The position numbers were made by a program, and so were the translations under genes. A DNA stretch of 62,039 bases, the filler included, from Sphacelaria rigidula (taxonomy: Eukaryota), in assembly GCA_964200075.2 (NCBI GenBank). It is 11 parts of 11 records of this genome, joined end to end, with 100 filler letters (N's around TTAATTAATTAA, not from the genome) between each part and the next. Parts side by side here need not be neighbours in the genome. Positions count along the whole stretch, not along the records: positions 33,895 to 39,443 come from CAXNAA020026422.1; positions 39,544 to 45,092 come from CAXNAA020026423.1; positions 45,193 to 50,741 come from CAXNAA020026424.1; 8 more parts are not named here. One strand, 5' to 3'. Below, piece after piece: positions 36,196-48,690 of the stretch (position 1 is the stretch's first letter; the number at the start of each line of letters is the position of its first letter). Below the pieces are notes generated by a model that made no database searches, was not told the DNA's origin, and saw only the letters and a program-made list of their open reading frames with translations.

Positions 36196-36677
36196 CTATC
36201 GTCACATCAGCCGCGGCCACAGTTAAACGAAGGCACAAAAGCCAGCAGACCACGGATCAGCGGAGCAGTCAGTAGTTAGCGCACGGAGCTAGCCAGCTAA
36301 ACGGGTGCTCGCAACAGAGAAGTAAATTTTTCTAGCCAGCCAGCAGAAGCGTGTGCAACCCATCGGCATCACTATCGATCACCGGAAAGAGAAAGCAGAA
36401 GCGTGTTCCAACCATCGTACAGCAGCGCTAGCCACGAAAATCAAACACACACACACACACACACACACAGAGAAAAAAACTCCAGACTCGGGAGACTCGT
36501 GTTTTTGAAGGGCGATCAAGTCTTCCCTCCACCCCAGACCATGACTGCTAGAACTGCATACCTGCCCCATATGTTCCATTCTTGAGTCATGAAAAAAAAA
36601 TAGCAACAGCAGTGAAAGAAAAAACAAAGAGGCGCTTCAAAACGCGCTCCGTACCGTTGGTGACCAGAACATACTAC

Positions 36678-36774
36678 CTTGGGAGCGATGAAATCTGCTT
36701 GACTGAGGTACGGGTCGTCGGACTCCTTCTCCGCCTGCTGCCGGAGCATACAGAATCGCGCCAGAGGCTCCTCC
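36678..36774 (-). CDS. METH: Methionine synthase exon
   Basis: EEPLARFCMLRQQAEKESDDPYLSQADFIAPK (LRQQ..ADFIAP). Phase 2/0. Confidence 0.93.
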
Positions 36775-37244
36775 CTATATTGTCAACCCACAACGGAAAT
36801 CGACGGGGAAGAAAACAGAGACTAAGTTAGAGTCAGTTAAGAGTGCGTTACACCGAGAATACAGGCTAGTGAATCGGTTTCGAGCTGCCAAAGTACACCA
36901 TGCGCTATGGCACAAACACACCCACACCCACACACACACATGTGCGGGCACACACACGCATACCTGGTGGAACAGTTGCAAAGCATGGATACCGTCATTT
37001 CTGTGTCAAAACATGCGCTTACAAACGCCGCCTTTTGAGGAATTAGGAAAGGAACGAACAACCGTTCTTGTAGACACCCCCGCGCATCTCGGAATGACAT
37101 CGGCCTTGCAGAAGCACAGCACAGCATAGCACAGCACATCGAACGGGAACAAGGTCGCTCTGAAAAGTAACGGGTAGGCGAACAACACGACTAAAAAATA
37201 ATGTTGCGGAGACTAGTTCGATCACACATCATTTTGCGTACCAT

Positions 37245-37545
37245 GCCTCACTCCGGTGGACTAAACTAAAATCCTCCACCAACAGACAGCTAGGGCGAAA
37301 GGTCGCGTACTCGATTCCCGACAAATATTGGATCTTTGAGCAGAATCTGCCTTCCGTCCTTGCGTACTGAAGAGGAGAGTACGTGAGTGGCGAAAAAAAT
37401 TGGGTGCAGGGTCTACGCAGTGCGGGAATGCTGATAGTCATGATCCAATCCGCGACACCAAAATATGACACGCGTGGACAACGTTGAGAGAGAGATGGGT
37501 TTGATCTCGCGAGGCAATGGACTCGTCCCGGGTGAGGGATACGGG
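37245..37545 (+). mobile_element. tRNA-derived SINE copy in a METH intron
   Basis: Homologous to 29672-29995. Confidence 0.6.
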
Positions 37546-37705
37546 TTGATGAATAAAACTACTGTAGTACGACGCTACACAAAAATGAACTATAGTGGGG
37601 CCTCCCTTCGATTTTACTAAGCGAATCAAACCGAAACAACAGCGGGAACACCTAACGAAAAGATAAAAAAAGAAGAAGCAAGAAGTAGAATGTGGGGGTC
37701 CTCGC

Positions 37706-37920
37706 CTGCTGTCATCAGCGTAAACCTCTACATCCTCTCCCACCCTCGCCGCAGGGTACATCCCCACGATACCCGTCAGTTGCAGCGTCTTCTCCGCGAC
37801 GATCTGCTGCAGCATCTTCTGCGCATCGTCGAACAACTTCCTCGCCTCCTCCCCCACAGTCTCATCTTTGAAGATTTTTGGGTAGCCTCGGTTAGGGTAT
37901 CGTCCGCGAAGTTCCCATGT
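37706..37920 (-). CDS. METH: Methionine synthase exon
   Basis: TWELRGRYPNRGYPKIFKDETVGEEARKLFDDAQKML..GMYPAARVGEDVEVYADDSR. GC donor. Confidence 0.95.
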
Positions 37921-38895
37921 CTGCCGGGGCGGTCGGGGTCGAGGGGGGGGAGGGAACAGTGGGAAGTATGAGGGCATGGTCGACATCTTGACAGGCAGTT
38001 GTTCGATAAGACAAATACAAACAATAAGCTTTCGTCATGTAGCTTCCAACAATGATCGGTTCATTGGTTGTCCGACATGTGACATCATGACCCGAACCGA
38101 CCCGAACCGAACCGGTGCGAAGCAATATATAGACGCACAGTACTTAATACAAAATGTGAAAAAATATACGAGAAATAGTTAGTACAGTATACCAGTTAAC
38201 ATGCGACGATCAATAAAACCGCATCAACCGTCTCAATCAAACTCACTTCACCAAAGGAAACTCGAGTGGAAAAAAGGTCAAGAAAAACGGATGAAAAAAA
38301 GAAGGAGCGAAAACTCCGTCATCAGCAATGTTTTATTTTTTAATCAACTCCATTCTTGCTAGTGAGCAGAGCAACAGCAGAATCAGCGCTCGGCGAAATT
38401 TGGACTCGCCCGTGGCAGCTGGACACTATACATTTTGTACAAGATCCATCAACGTTTTCGTGCCAACAAAGTGACCTTACAGAGAGCGTCACTAGGGTGT
38501 AGCGGAGTTTACGGTGTTCCACCGTTCCAACACAAAGACTTTTAGTACGGCGAGTAAGAAACAGAGTCTACGGCAATGCACTTTCAGTGGGATTAAAGGG
38601 TTCCTTCCGTGTGAACATATCAGCTCAGCTTTCTACATCGTCCGCATATAAGTTAACAACAAAAATAATCCGTGGTGAAACATGAGCGCGTACACAAACT
38701 GGAACACGACAAAATGTGCATGGAAAATACAAATCACGGACACTAGCACATATTGGAACATGACATAATCGGAGCACGACGAAACATATCACGTCGTTGG
38801 GAAACACATCCACAACAAACAAACGAATCCTGATCAAAACATGGACGCCTTCACAAATTAGAACGCTTAGTATGATATGAAAAAACATACGACAC

Positions 38896-39117
38896 CTGGA
38901 AAAAGGGATTCCAGTCAATGTAATCCAACACGTCGTCGAGCTCGTACTTCCCGGTGGTAACAGTCACGCCGAGCTTATGTGGTGCCGGAACGGGGGGTCG
39001 TTGGACGAAGTCAATCTTCAAGCCCTTGCTCTGAGCCTTCTCGAAAGAAAGGTAGTTGCGTTCCTCTTGCCCCGCGTAGTGCTCCTCGCGCAGTTCCTCG
39101 TATTCTTCCATCAGTTC
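38896..39117 (-). CDS. METH: Methionine synthase exon (end of the B12-binding region and linker)
   Basis: ELMEEYEELREEHYAGQEERNYLSFEKAQ..LDYIDWNPFFQ. Phase 0/0. Confidence 0.95.
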
Positions 39118-39370
39118 CTAGGGTGTGCGAAGAAATGCATGCGGTGGCAAATTCCCGAAGCGACATAATGATGATTCCTTCATCAACCGAACTATCTCAC
39201 CATGACAAGTTGCTCTGCCAAGAAGATGATTGAGGTGACGCTACGGGCAACATACCGTACAATACCAAGACATGACATCTCCGAACATGAGCATGAGCAA
39301 AACAAAATGGTATTGTTTCACATTACCACGTGCATGTTTACATGTTACTTAATATCATTTCATTTTATTT

Positions 39371-39443
39371 GGGGTGGGGGGCGTACTCATGTGTTGCTTG
39401 CCTTAGTCGTTTGACCATTGACCACGCATCCCTTTCGAGACGG
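39371..39443 (-). mobile_element. LINE family A 3' end with C-tract
   Basis: Shared terminal motif. Confidence 0.8.
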
Positions 39444-39859
39444 NNNNNNNNNNNNNNNNNNNNNNNNNNNNNNNNNNNNNNNNNNNNTTAATTAATTAAN
39501 NNNNNNNNNNNNNNNNNNNNNNNNNNNNNNNNNNNNNNNNNNNTGCTTTATTCTGTGGTATCGCCACTTCCGGAGACAGCCGCGGCTTTACACTGCCTCA
39601 TGTAGGTTTTTTCATCAACACAAATATTATCCGTGATATATTATATATATATATTTGATGTGCTATATATCAAATACCACATCAACATGATGCTAAGTTG
39701 ATATATATCAAATCACCATGATATATCATATCAAGTACAAATCGGTGATAAAGTTGATATTTCGCGCAACAAATGAGGCGTTTCCGCCGTGTAACGGCAT
39801 TAATTTGCCTGCGGCGCAATGCGGCGCAACCATAATTTTGTCGCGCATCGCGCACTGTC

Positions 39860-40154
39860 TAAGAGGGACCAGATCCTCATTGAATGGGGGCTCTACAAAG
39901 ACGAAGATGTTTCGGACGCTGATGTGGCTGAAGCGGGCGGCACACTGGCATGGTGGGCGAAGGCCGAGCGCGTGTACCCCCACATCGCTAGGCTAGCTCG
40001 CAAGTACCTTGCGGTTCAAGCTTCCTCTGCTGCGTCCGAGCGTGTATTCTCTGTAGGCGGACTCGTGGTCACGAAGCACCCGAACCGCCTGAGTGGGGAG
40101 CGGGTAGCAAACATCGTGTTCCTCCACGAAAGTATGAAACATGACATCTGGTAG
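39860..40154 (+). mobile_element. hAT transposase C-terminal dimerisation domain remnant
   Basis: LAWWAKAERVYPHIARLARKYLAVQASSAASERVFSVGG..NRLSGE, the hAT dimerisation signature. Confidence 0.92.
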
Positions 40155-40615
40155 AGTGTCTGCTGCTGTATTCATTATCATGTGCTGTATGTAGCCTGTG
40201 TAGGGTGCCAAGTGCCGTACCGCTTGCAGGGGATCGGAGGCAGCAAATTACGCTACATGCTACACTGTAGAGTATACGGTACCAAAGGTTCATCGGTTAC
40301 ACGTTGCGAGTTGGTGCCGTTTGCGTGGTACCGTGGTACGACTCGTGCCGTACAGAGAAGTTTCGTACGCCGCATCCATTGACGTAGACCACATTGACAA
40401 GACGACATAAAACGTCTACTAACTGTCTAACAGACTAGAGGACGCGTATGGAACAACAACCCGTGTTTGGGTGCGTTGTTTTTGGGTACCCGGTATTTGA
40501 GTTGATATACAACCCTAGTGGGCATATCAGATTCGGTCTCGCAACGGCCAGTTCGATTCGACCGCATGTTTTCGAGTCGGAAAAAAAATGAGAAGACACG
40601 GCCTCTGACAAAGAA

Positions 40616-40860
40616 AAGTAATAAAAAGTCAACACAAGCAAAGCACAGGAAGAAATGGCCGACCTAAAGCAAGAAACCTGCAAGTATTGTACACCGACAA
40701 TGTACAGGGGGGCAGTACGAGACCGTTCGCTATGGTAAAAGTAATAAAAAGTCAACACAAGCAAAGCACAGGAAGAAATGGCCGACCTGAAGCAAGAAAC
40801 CTGCAAGTATTGTGCACCGACAATGTACAGGGGGACAGTACGAGACCGTTCGTTATGGTG
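40616..40860. repeat. 123-bp tandem duplication (2 copies)
   Basis: Units start at 40618 and 40741 and are nearly identical. Confidence 0.9.
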
Positions 40861-43045
40861 ATACATGCGGCGGTGCAGTGCAGCATTTTACCACTGCCGC
40901 AGGTCAAGGCTTCAACACATTTAATCCGCTTGCCATAGCCCGTGCGCGCTACCTGTGCTACGAAGCTGCTCCAGCGGCTGGCGCGAGCAGGCACGCGGCC
41001 GGTGCTGTCACGAGACTGTCTGCTGCTAGCTATTCAACCCAAGAACAGTGTTTCCCCTGACCTGAAGTTATGACAAATGACTTTCATGACAACATATCGA
41101 CGACTTCAAATGCCCTCGATCTCCCTGAAACAGCTTTCCGAGATCTTTCAGAGGTTTCCGTCTTGCGTTCCCTCAAAGGGTGTGAACGGAAGTACCCTCT
41201 ATTGCCTCGATTTCGGGGTGAAAAAAAAAACGTTTTTCAGCCCGAAAATTGTCCTTTCGCGCATCCTTCGCGGAAAAGGAAGACGGGAAACCTCAAAGAA
41301 TAGTTTTAGGGAGGTCAGGGAGCATGAGGTTAGCGTTGTGTCAGGGAGAGCACTGCACTGTCTTCAAGTTGAAGCTCTTCAATGTTACTGTACTGTACTG
41401 TACTGTACAGTAGATCAAGCTCATTTTCGATAATAAACTGTTGCGTGATGACGTACCCTTACAGATTACTGGGGGTGGGTTCAACTTTCTCCCGATTTGT
41501 ATTACCTGTACAGTAGTACGCACAAGAGTTGTTCTACGGTAGGAGGACACATTTTTTTGCAGGGGCTTTGCATTTCACGAGTCTCTCGATAGCGAACACC
41601 TGGACCTTTGTGTGCAGCCTCAGAAGAAAATGGTCCAAAAAGTGTACGCACCTTCACCGTACAAAATCACTCAGTAGCGCAGATGGAGGAAAGCCGTGCG
41701 GAAATCGAAAAATCCGCCCGGGCTGAGCTCCCTTGATCTGGGCCATACTATTATTGGAGTCCATGATGATGGGCAAATCTCGAATCTGAGCTCCCTCGAT
41801 CTGCGGACAGATCGAGATATATATCATAACTTCGATAAATAAATGAAGGTTTTACCCATCTCTCCATGTCTCTGACTGGTGGCATTTTCGGACAACATAC
41901 ACGGAGCCGCGTTTCGGTTGGGCGCGTTGTACCCGTTACAAGAAGAAATGTAAACAGCGGATCCTGAAAAATGAGGTCCATCTCAAAAATGAGGTTGAAG
42001 TGGCATATACTGTAGTAGCCGTTGCATGATAACCACCATTGGGCGTGGTGGTGAAGAAGCGGTATCGTAAAAATATCCACTACTTGCGACCAGGGTTCTC
42101 ATTCGCTGCTCCTAATGTTGTGAACGATTAACTCCGGATTTCGATATTCTTCTTTGATCTTTCTTTTCTTTCAAAAACAACGCTCACTCCCTTCCTCCTG
42201 GCAGACCAGGTCCGTACCCACAGAAACAGTGTTAGTAAGGCGGTCACGAGGGTGGCACGAACGCGGGCAACGACGCGTTCAACGGTTTGCTGGTTCGCTT
42301 GCTCGTTTATTCTCACAATGTCAATAAGCAAGCCGAGTGAGGGCAAGGCTGGGGTTGCACAGCTGCACAACGCCAGGGAGGGTGAAAAAAACACCATGGC
42401 GACGAGTGGATCGGCAGCAACATCGGCTTTGTGCGAGTCATGGGCGCAAACGGGTAACCCCAGTATTGCACGCGAAAGCACCAGACGGGCGTTAACCCAA
42501 AGTAGAACGGAGCAGCAAAGCACCTCTTACTGACCTCTCTCGCGCGCAAGGGCTCCTCTAGTGCGCGTCGGCACGGTAAACATCTCTACCACATATTCAT
42601 TGCATTTTCGGTCACGTATGTATGCGCCCTCTCCATCGTCAATAATAGCGTCGTACGGTACGTAGTGGGTACTCAATGGGGCAGATCATATACGCTGTCG
42701 ACCTTCTCATGGATTCGACAGTAGCCGCCCCAGGGAATGCCGGCGTATATTTGTCCAGCGCGGAAAGTGTAGCGCCATTGCGCCCACACGTTTCCTCGTT
42801 CTACGTACACTCTGTCATGGAATCGACTGCTGTTACTTCCAGCAGTTCGCAGCGAGCGGTGAACTAGGACTTCTGTCCGGCCTAACAAGTATCGACTTAT
42901 TAGTATTATGCGGTAGAGCTTAGTTGGGTAGAGGCCTCAATGCAAGAGGAGCACAGTAGAGCAACGATGAAGAGTTTTGCTGTGTTTGACAGAAAGAAAA
43001 AAAACTTCCAAAATGTTATACTGCACGCCTCTGACGAAACCTTAA

Positions 43046-43145
43046 CCCTTAGACCGCGAGGTTAGTCTTCTGTTGAATCGGCATCAATTTCAAGTGAAAA
43101 AAAGTATGCATGATCCAGAAAGACTATAATCTCGCGGTCTAAGGG
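43046..43145. mobile_element. piggyBac-type MITE, 100-bp family
   Basis: TTAA-CCCTTAGACCGCGAG..CTCGCGGTCTAAGGG-TTAA, a perfect 15-bp TIR. Confidence 0.9.
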
Positions 43146-43206
43146 TTAAGGCAGAGCACCCCGTTGTATGCAGGTCTCATCATGCAGACAGAGAAAGGCG
43201 TACAGC

Positions 43207-43411
43207 TGTAATGCATGAGAGGACCGCGTGCTTAGAGGACCGCATCGGAGTTTGAACATCCCTATGGTTATGGTTAGGGTTAGTGTTGGGGTTAGGGTCA
43301 GGGGCGTGGTACCTGCAGGGACTGACCCGATTGGTTTCGAAAAACGTCGATCCTGGGGTGTTTCAGACTACGGCACGGTCCTCTAAGCACGCGGTTCTCT
43401 CACGCATTACA
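43207..43411. mobile_element. MITE with ~36-bp TIRs and internal telomere-like hexamers
   Basis: TGTAATGCATGAGAGGACCGCGTGCTTAGAGGACCG / CGGTCCTCTAAGCACGCGGTTCTCTCACGCATTACA. Internal GGTTAGGGTTAG. Confidence 0.8.
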
Positions 43412-43940
43412 CGCCCAACTAAATGGCGGTCAAAGATGAATGGTCTCCATGAGTCAAGCCATTGTCTCTTCACTTTCGACCCGATTCGACACAACAGGAT
43501 GGGCCCTTTGCTGGATCGACATCATGTAAACATTCTCCTGCTGAAAACTGGACAGCATAGTACCCCGATCGCCCACCCTGGCGGTCAGAGGATTGGAAGC
43601 TGCGGCTCGACCTATGGCTTGAGACAGTGCGCTTCATAATGAGTAAAAATTACTCTCATTTGGTTGCGCCGTTTGAATCGTTCAACGGTAGTGGTATGGC
43701 GGATCTTCGAGGGTAGCCGAATGGCCGCGTGAGTAGGGGTTCGCAATTTGTTCTGCGGTTTTGCACTTTTCGAGCCTCTCGGCGACGAACATCTGGGTCT
43801 TAGTCTGCAGCCTCCGAATCTTCGTGGACTAAAAGGTGCACCCCTACCGTAGAATCGAATTTTTAGTGGTCACATCTCTGCATCCTTCGCCTCCCGGTCC
43901 GTGCGTTGTATTCGTCTACGAGCACAAAATGCTTGAAAAA

Positions 43941-44362
43941 CACGGGATCTTACAAATTGGGGATGAGGAACCCGGAGAATTAAAATCTTCGTATCCACAC
44001 CAAATCTTCGGAACATGGTTCCATTTCTTCACCTGCTGATAGCAATTGACAACTGCTACAAGCCATGTAAATTTGGGTTTCGATAACCGAAACGTTGGGG
44101 TCCTACGATAAAAACTAGTTTTGGGGAATTCCGGGTGTCCGAACGGACGCCAAAATGGTTCCGAAATTGGTTTTTGACCTAGGACCCCAACATTTCGGTG
44201 GTCGAAATCCAAATCTCTATGGCGTGTAGCAGTTGTCAATAGCCATCACTAGGTGAAGAAATGGAACCATTTTTCGAAGATTTGGTGTGGATACAAAGAT
44301 TTTAATTCTCCGGGTTTCTCATCCCCAATAAAAGATCAATTCCCAATTTGTAAGGTCCCGTG
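43941..44362. mobile_element. Foldback element (~420-bp imperfect palindrome)
   Basis: ~190-bp inverted arms with CACGGG..CCCGTG ends. Flanks TTGAAAAA/TTGAAAGT. Confidence 0.88.
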
Positions 44363-45447
44363 TTGAAAGTAGAAAACAAAGGCTAAAGTCGTGAAACACT
44401 TTTGAAACGCAGCACACGCACGCACATATGTTCGAAAGTATAAGTAAAGTGCATTTGTGAGGATGAGCAACCCTCTTTCTGAGTTATGTGGACGATTTTT
44501 TTAGTTCCTCCGGCCAAACTCGAAGGCTAAGTCTGACCCAAAAGCCCAACCGAAGAAAGACCGAGAACGCTCACCCACGGCCTAACGGCTCTCCTGAAGG
44601 TCGCATGCTAATTCCTCTTTTTATAACGCTTATCATCTTTAGAACTCAAGCCCTGACCCGCTGTCCCCACCATGTTTGTTGTTATGACATCTGCACACTT
44701 CTTAGAGGAAAGCTAGGGGTCTGTACCTTGTACTCCTCAGCCTCCTTCCGCATTCTTTTCGGTGCAGACAAATGTCGCCTGGAATACGCCTAATGAGTAT
44801 AATAAGGAGATGGATCCACTGCGCGGTGCATTTACATCATCATCATCACATAAGTGTATGTACACATTGAATTCACCGGTGTGAACAGCACAGACGCTTA
44901 TTATTATGTAGTACACACAGTGTGGGGTGATTTCATCTCCACCAGGGCGTGGTAATGTAACAGTGAGAAAATCATCACGCGGTCGATGTTGGGATTGCTG
45001 AGAATCCCAAGCCTCCGTACTATTGTATGCCCCCCCCCTCGTCCACGCAGCCCACCCCCCCCCGGCGCTCCCCCCCCGAGAAGTGGCATCCCNNNNNNNN
45101 NNNNNNNNNNNNNNNNNNNNNNNNNNNNNNNNNNNNTTAATTAATTAANNNNNNNNNNNNNNNNNNNNNNNNNNNNNNNNNNNNNNNNNNNNGTCTGTGC
45201 GTGTTTTTTCGGTGCTAGGTGTGTAGGTGTTGTGTTGCCTCGTTGTGTCTTGTCTGCTGTATTACCAGACCTTGGGCCCGCTTGGACTAACGACCACTTC
45301 CCGACCCGCCGCATTTCTTAACCTGCGTGCAGCTCTGGGTTCCAACCTGTACAAAACTGCTTGTGGATAGGACTCGGGACTGGTAGTTATGGGGCCAATC
45401 CTCTGTCAAAAGGGGATTGTGAAAAAGGGGATAATCTCCTTCGTTTA

Positions 45448-45545
45448 CCATTAGACCGCGAGGGTAGTCTATCTGAATCATGCATACTTTCTTCAAGTGA
45501 AACTGATGCCGATTCAACAGATTACCTACTCTCGCTGTCTAAGGG
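45448..45545. mobile_element. piggyBac-type MITE, 100-bp family
   Basis: CCATTAGACCGCGAG..GTCTAAGGG-TTAA. Inverted relative to 43046-43145. Confidence 0.8.
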
Positions 45546-46254
45546 TTAAGAAGGGCCCTGAGCAGTAGACCCAGCTCGTCCAGAACGTATTTTGGTCCAA
45601 AATAGTACCAACCATTGTCTACGTACATTTCTTCGGGTCCCCTCTCTTTTTAACTCGTTTTCAAGTGAAAATGATGCCGACTCACAAAGCGCCCTTAACA
45701 CCGGTTAGTCCGCTCCAGTCCCAAAAGGGTGAAGAAGCCACAATTAATTTGTCAGGTGACGCATTGCAGTGTATAGATAACATTGCAAAATTCGGACTTG
45801 AGTGGGGGGCGCATAGTAACGCAGGAGACGAGAGAATAGCCGTCCCCGGGGGCTGCTTTGTGTCGGAGAAATAGGTGCGGTATCCGCCGTTGTGGCCTAT
45901 GCTGTGCAAATGGCAATACATCTGAACGATTACATGTTGGGGTTTTGGGGATTTTAGTGTTTAACCCCATTTTTGATAATCGGTTGTTATGTGCTGTTCG
46001 ATGTTCCGTCCAGACGATGGGATGGAGAAACGATATCCCAGTATTTCACGGGATTTACTCGACATGCGCCTGGTCAACGGGGGGGAAATGACCGCGCTTT
46101 TGGTGGATTGACATCTGCCCCTCGAGTAGACGATTGATAAAATGTAAGGATCGTACCAAGATCATGCCCTAATTGGTTTGTGTCGATCAGGTATGACTGT
46201 GAGAGTTTGAATCCGTTTTGAGGCTAGAGCGGGTTTTAGGGCTTTCATTATCGA

Positions 46255-48690
46255 AGATAGATTGCTCTGCTTCGCATCGCACATCCAACTTTCCTATATT
46301 CTTTCTTACATTGGAATGAAATGGGAAAGGGACAGAAGAGACAGACGCCCTCGATGAAGAAAAGCAAGAACGGCATACAAGCAGAAGAAGGGACGGAAAG
46401 AAAGTATGGGCCATAGATGACGATGACAATTCTTTCGCGCATCGCACCACGCAAATTCCAGAGACTATCGTTCTAGTCCGAGCGACGTCCTTCCACGTGC
46501 GCAAGGGCGCGACAATGAAGACGGTATACTACTGTACTGTATTGCCAAAGCACAGCTACCTACTACTGTGCTCGCGAGTACAGCACGCCGTACTTGCAAC
46601 CAATACAAGACAGCATAATGATCCACCTCACCTTTTATGATGACCGATCTCGCGTCGTATTTTTTTATTCGAGAGCCCACGTTTTTAAATCTGCGGCCCG
46701 TTACGGATGTTCACAAACAAAGTGAAGCCTTCACGTAGTCAGTAGTGATATCCTCTGCATCTGCACGCTTTACTGCCATGTACGTGCATCTGCATGTGGC
46801 CTTGAACCCTACAGTGAAGAAGCTGGATTGGCAAAGCACAGTTACCTACTATGCTCGCGAGTACAGCGCGTGCATGTAATGTGGTGCTATTATATTGTCT
46901 ATGCTTGCAGAGTACGGCCCGTGCTTGTAACGTGGCACTACTAAAATCTGCGGGCCGTGAAGGATGTTCACAAAGTAAAGCCTTCACGTAGTCAGTAGTG
47001 ATACCCTCTGCATCTGCACCCACCACTGCCATGTACGTGCATCTGCATGTGGCCTCGAACCCTGCAGTGAAGACGGTATAGCACTGTACTGGATTGGTAA
47101 AGCACAGCTACCTACTGCGCTCGCGAGTACAGACCGTGCTTGTAACCTGGCGCTACTGTATTGTCTGTGCTTGCAGAGTACGGCCCGTGCTTGTAACGTG
47201 GCACTACTATATTATCTGTGCTTACAGAGTAGAGCCTTTACTCGGACATGCAGTAGAACAAGGTCACAAGTACAGGCTACAGCTGTGCCGTGTTTGTGAA
47301 GCATAGCCTATACTTGTAATATCGTACTGTTCGCAGAATCCACGGCCTGTACTTGTGAAAACTGTTCTCTGCTGCAACACCCTGGCACTGCATGGTACTA
47401 CTGTTATACCGTAAAGTCTACATCGTTCAGTATGTATTGTGACCATCATTACCAGAAAAAAAATCTCATCCACGGCACCACCAGATGATGAAAAAAAAGC
47501 ACGGCGTGTACTTGTGAGAACTGTTCCCTGCTGCAACACCCTGGCACTGCATTGTACTACTGATATACCGTAAACTCTACATCGTACAGTATGTATTGTG
47601 CCCATCATCTCGAGAATAAAAATCTCATCCACGGCACCACCGGATGATGAAAGATCGAAGTGGGTATTTTCCGTCGTGCTCAACATTTACTCGTGCTGGC
47701 TGGACTTCGACACTCCGTTGGTCCTCTTTGTGTAGTCGCTGCTGCATACACTCATTTTTTTCGTTTCGTCTTCTACGTGCTATTACCGTTTCCCTTGAAT
47801 TGTGCGATCCCGCGTCGTTTTTTTCACTTCGAGAGCCCAAGTTTATAAACCTTCGACCCGTTACGGATGTTCGCAAACGAAGTGAAGCCTTTACGTAGTC
47901 AGTAGTGATACCCTCTGCATCTGCACCCACCACTGCCATGTACGTGCATCTGCATGTGGCCTCGAACCCTACGGTGAAGGCGGTGTAGTACTGTACTGGA
48001 TTGGTAAAGCACAGCTACCTACTATGCTCGCGAGTACAGCGCGTGCATGTAACCTGGCGCTACTGTATTGTTTGTTCTTGGAGAATACAGCCCGTGCTTG
48101 TAATGTGGCGCTACTGTATTGTCTGTGCTTGCTTTCATCCAAAAACCAACACGAAAATTGCGTGTGAGCACGCCACGGTTGGCAAAAAAAATGCGGTGAA
48201 AGGGGTAAGTGTGTACAAACAGAACCAGTCAGCACATCTTTCACGTTCTTACCGTTTTCCTTGAACAGTGCGGATATACTGCACCGCCAGGGTTCCGCTT
48301 GCACCCGCCAGCATGACGGGTGCTGCCGTTGGTATCGGCGCCAGCGCTGGCGGCCACGGCAAGACTATTTTTGCAACAAGAGAAGCTGGTGCATACTCGT
48401 ACTGTATACAGTCCGTCTTCAGGTTCTAAAGCTAAAAAATACTGCAGAACTGCCGTGTTGTCTTGTGTTCAGTGTAGTATTCTGCACTCCATATACCACT
48501 GCAGATTTGTCTTGTGCTCAGTGTACTACACTGTACTCCAGGTAATGGGGTCATGTTTGAGCAGTTCTTGAAAAGGTCTCCTTGCTTTTTCAAAACTTCT
48601 CGAAAAGTTCTGCTTGTTTCTCTGTCACAGAAATCCAATGCCAAATCTGGAATAGCCTGAGACAACAACCTATTTGAAAATTGGAATATG
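46255..48690. repeat. Complex repeat, copy 1 (nested internal tandem units)
   Basis: Collinear with 56820-58760. Recurring unit GCCTTCACGTAGTCAGT..GAACCCTACAGTGAAG at ~46727, 46980 and 47886, plus ~50-bp subrepeats. Confidence 0.9.

Noticed and set aside
7134..39117. Functional cluster of kinase, C2, ankyrin and METH genes
   Set aside because: Each lies on a different, artificially concatenated scaffold
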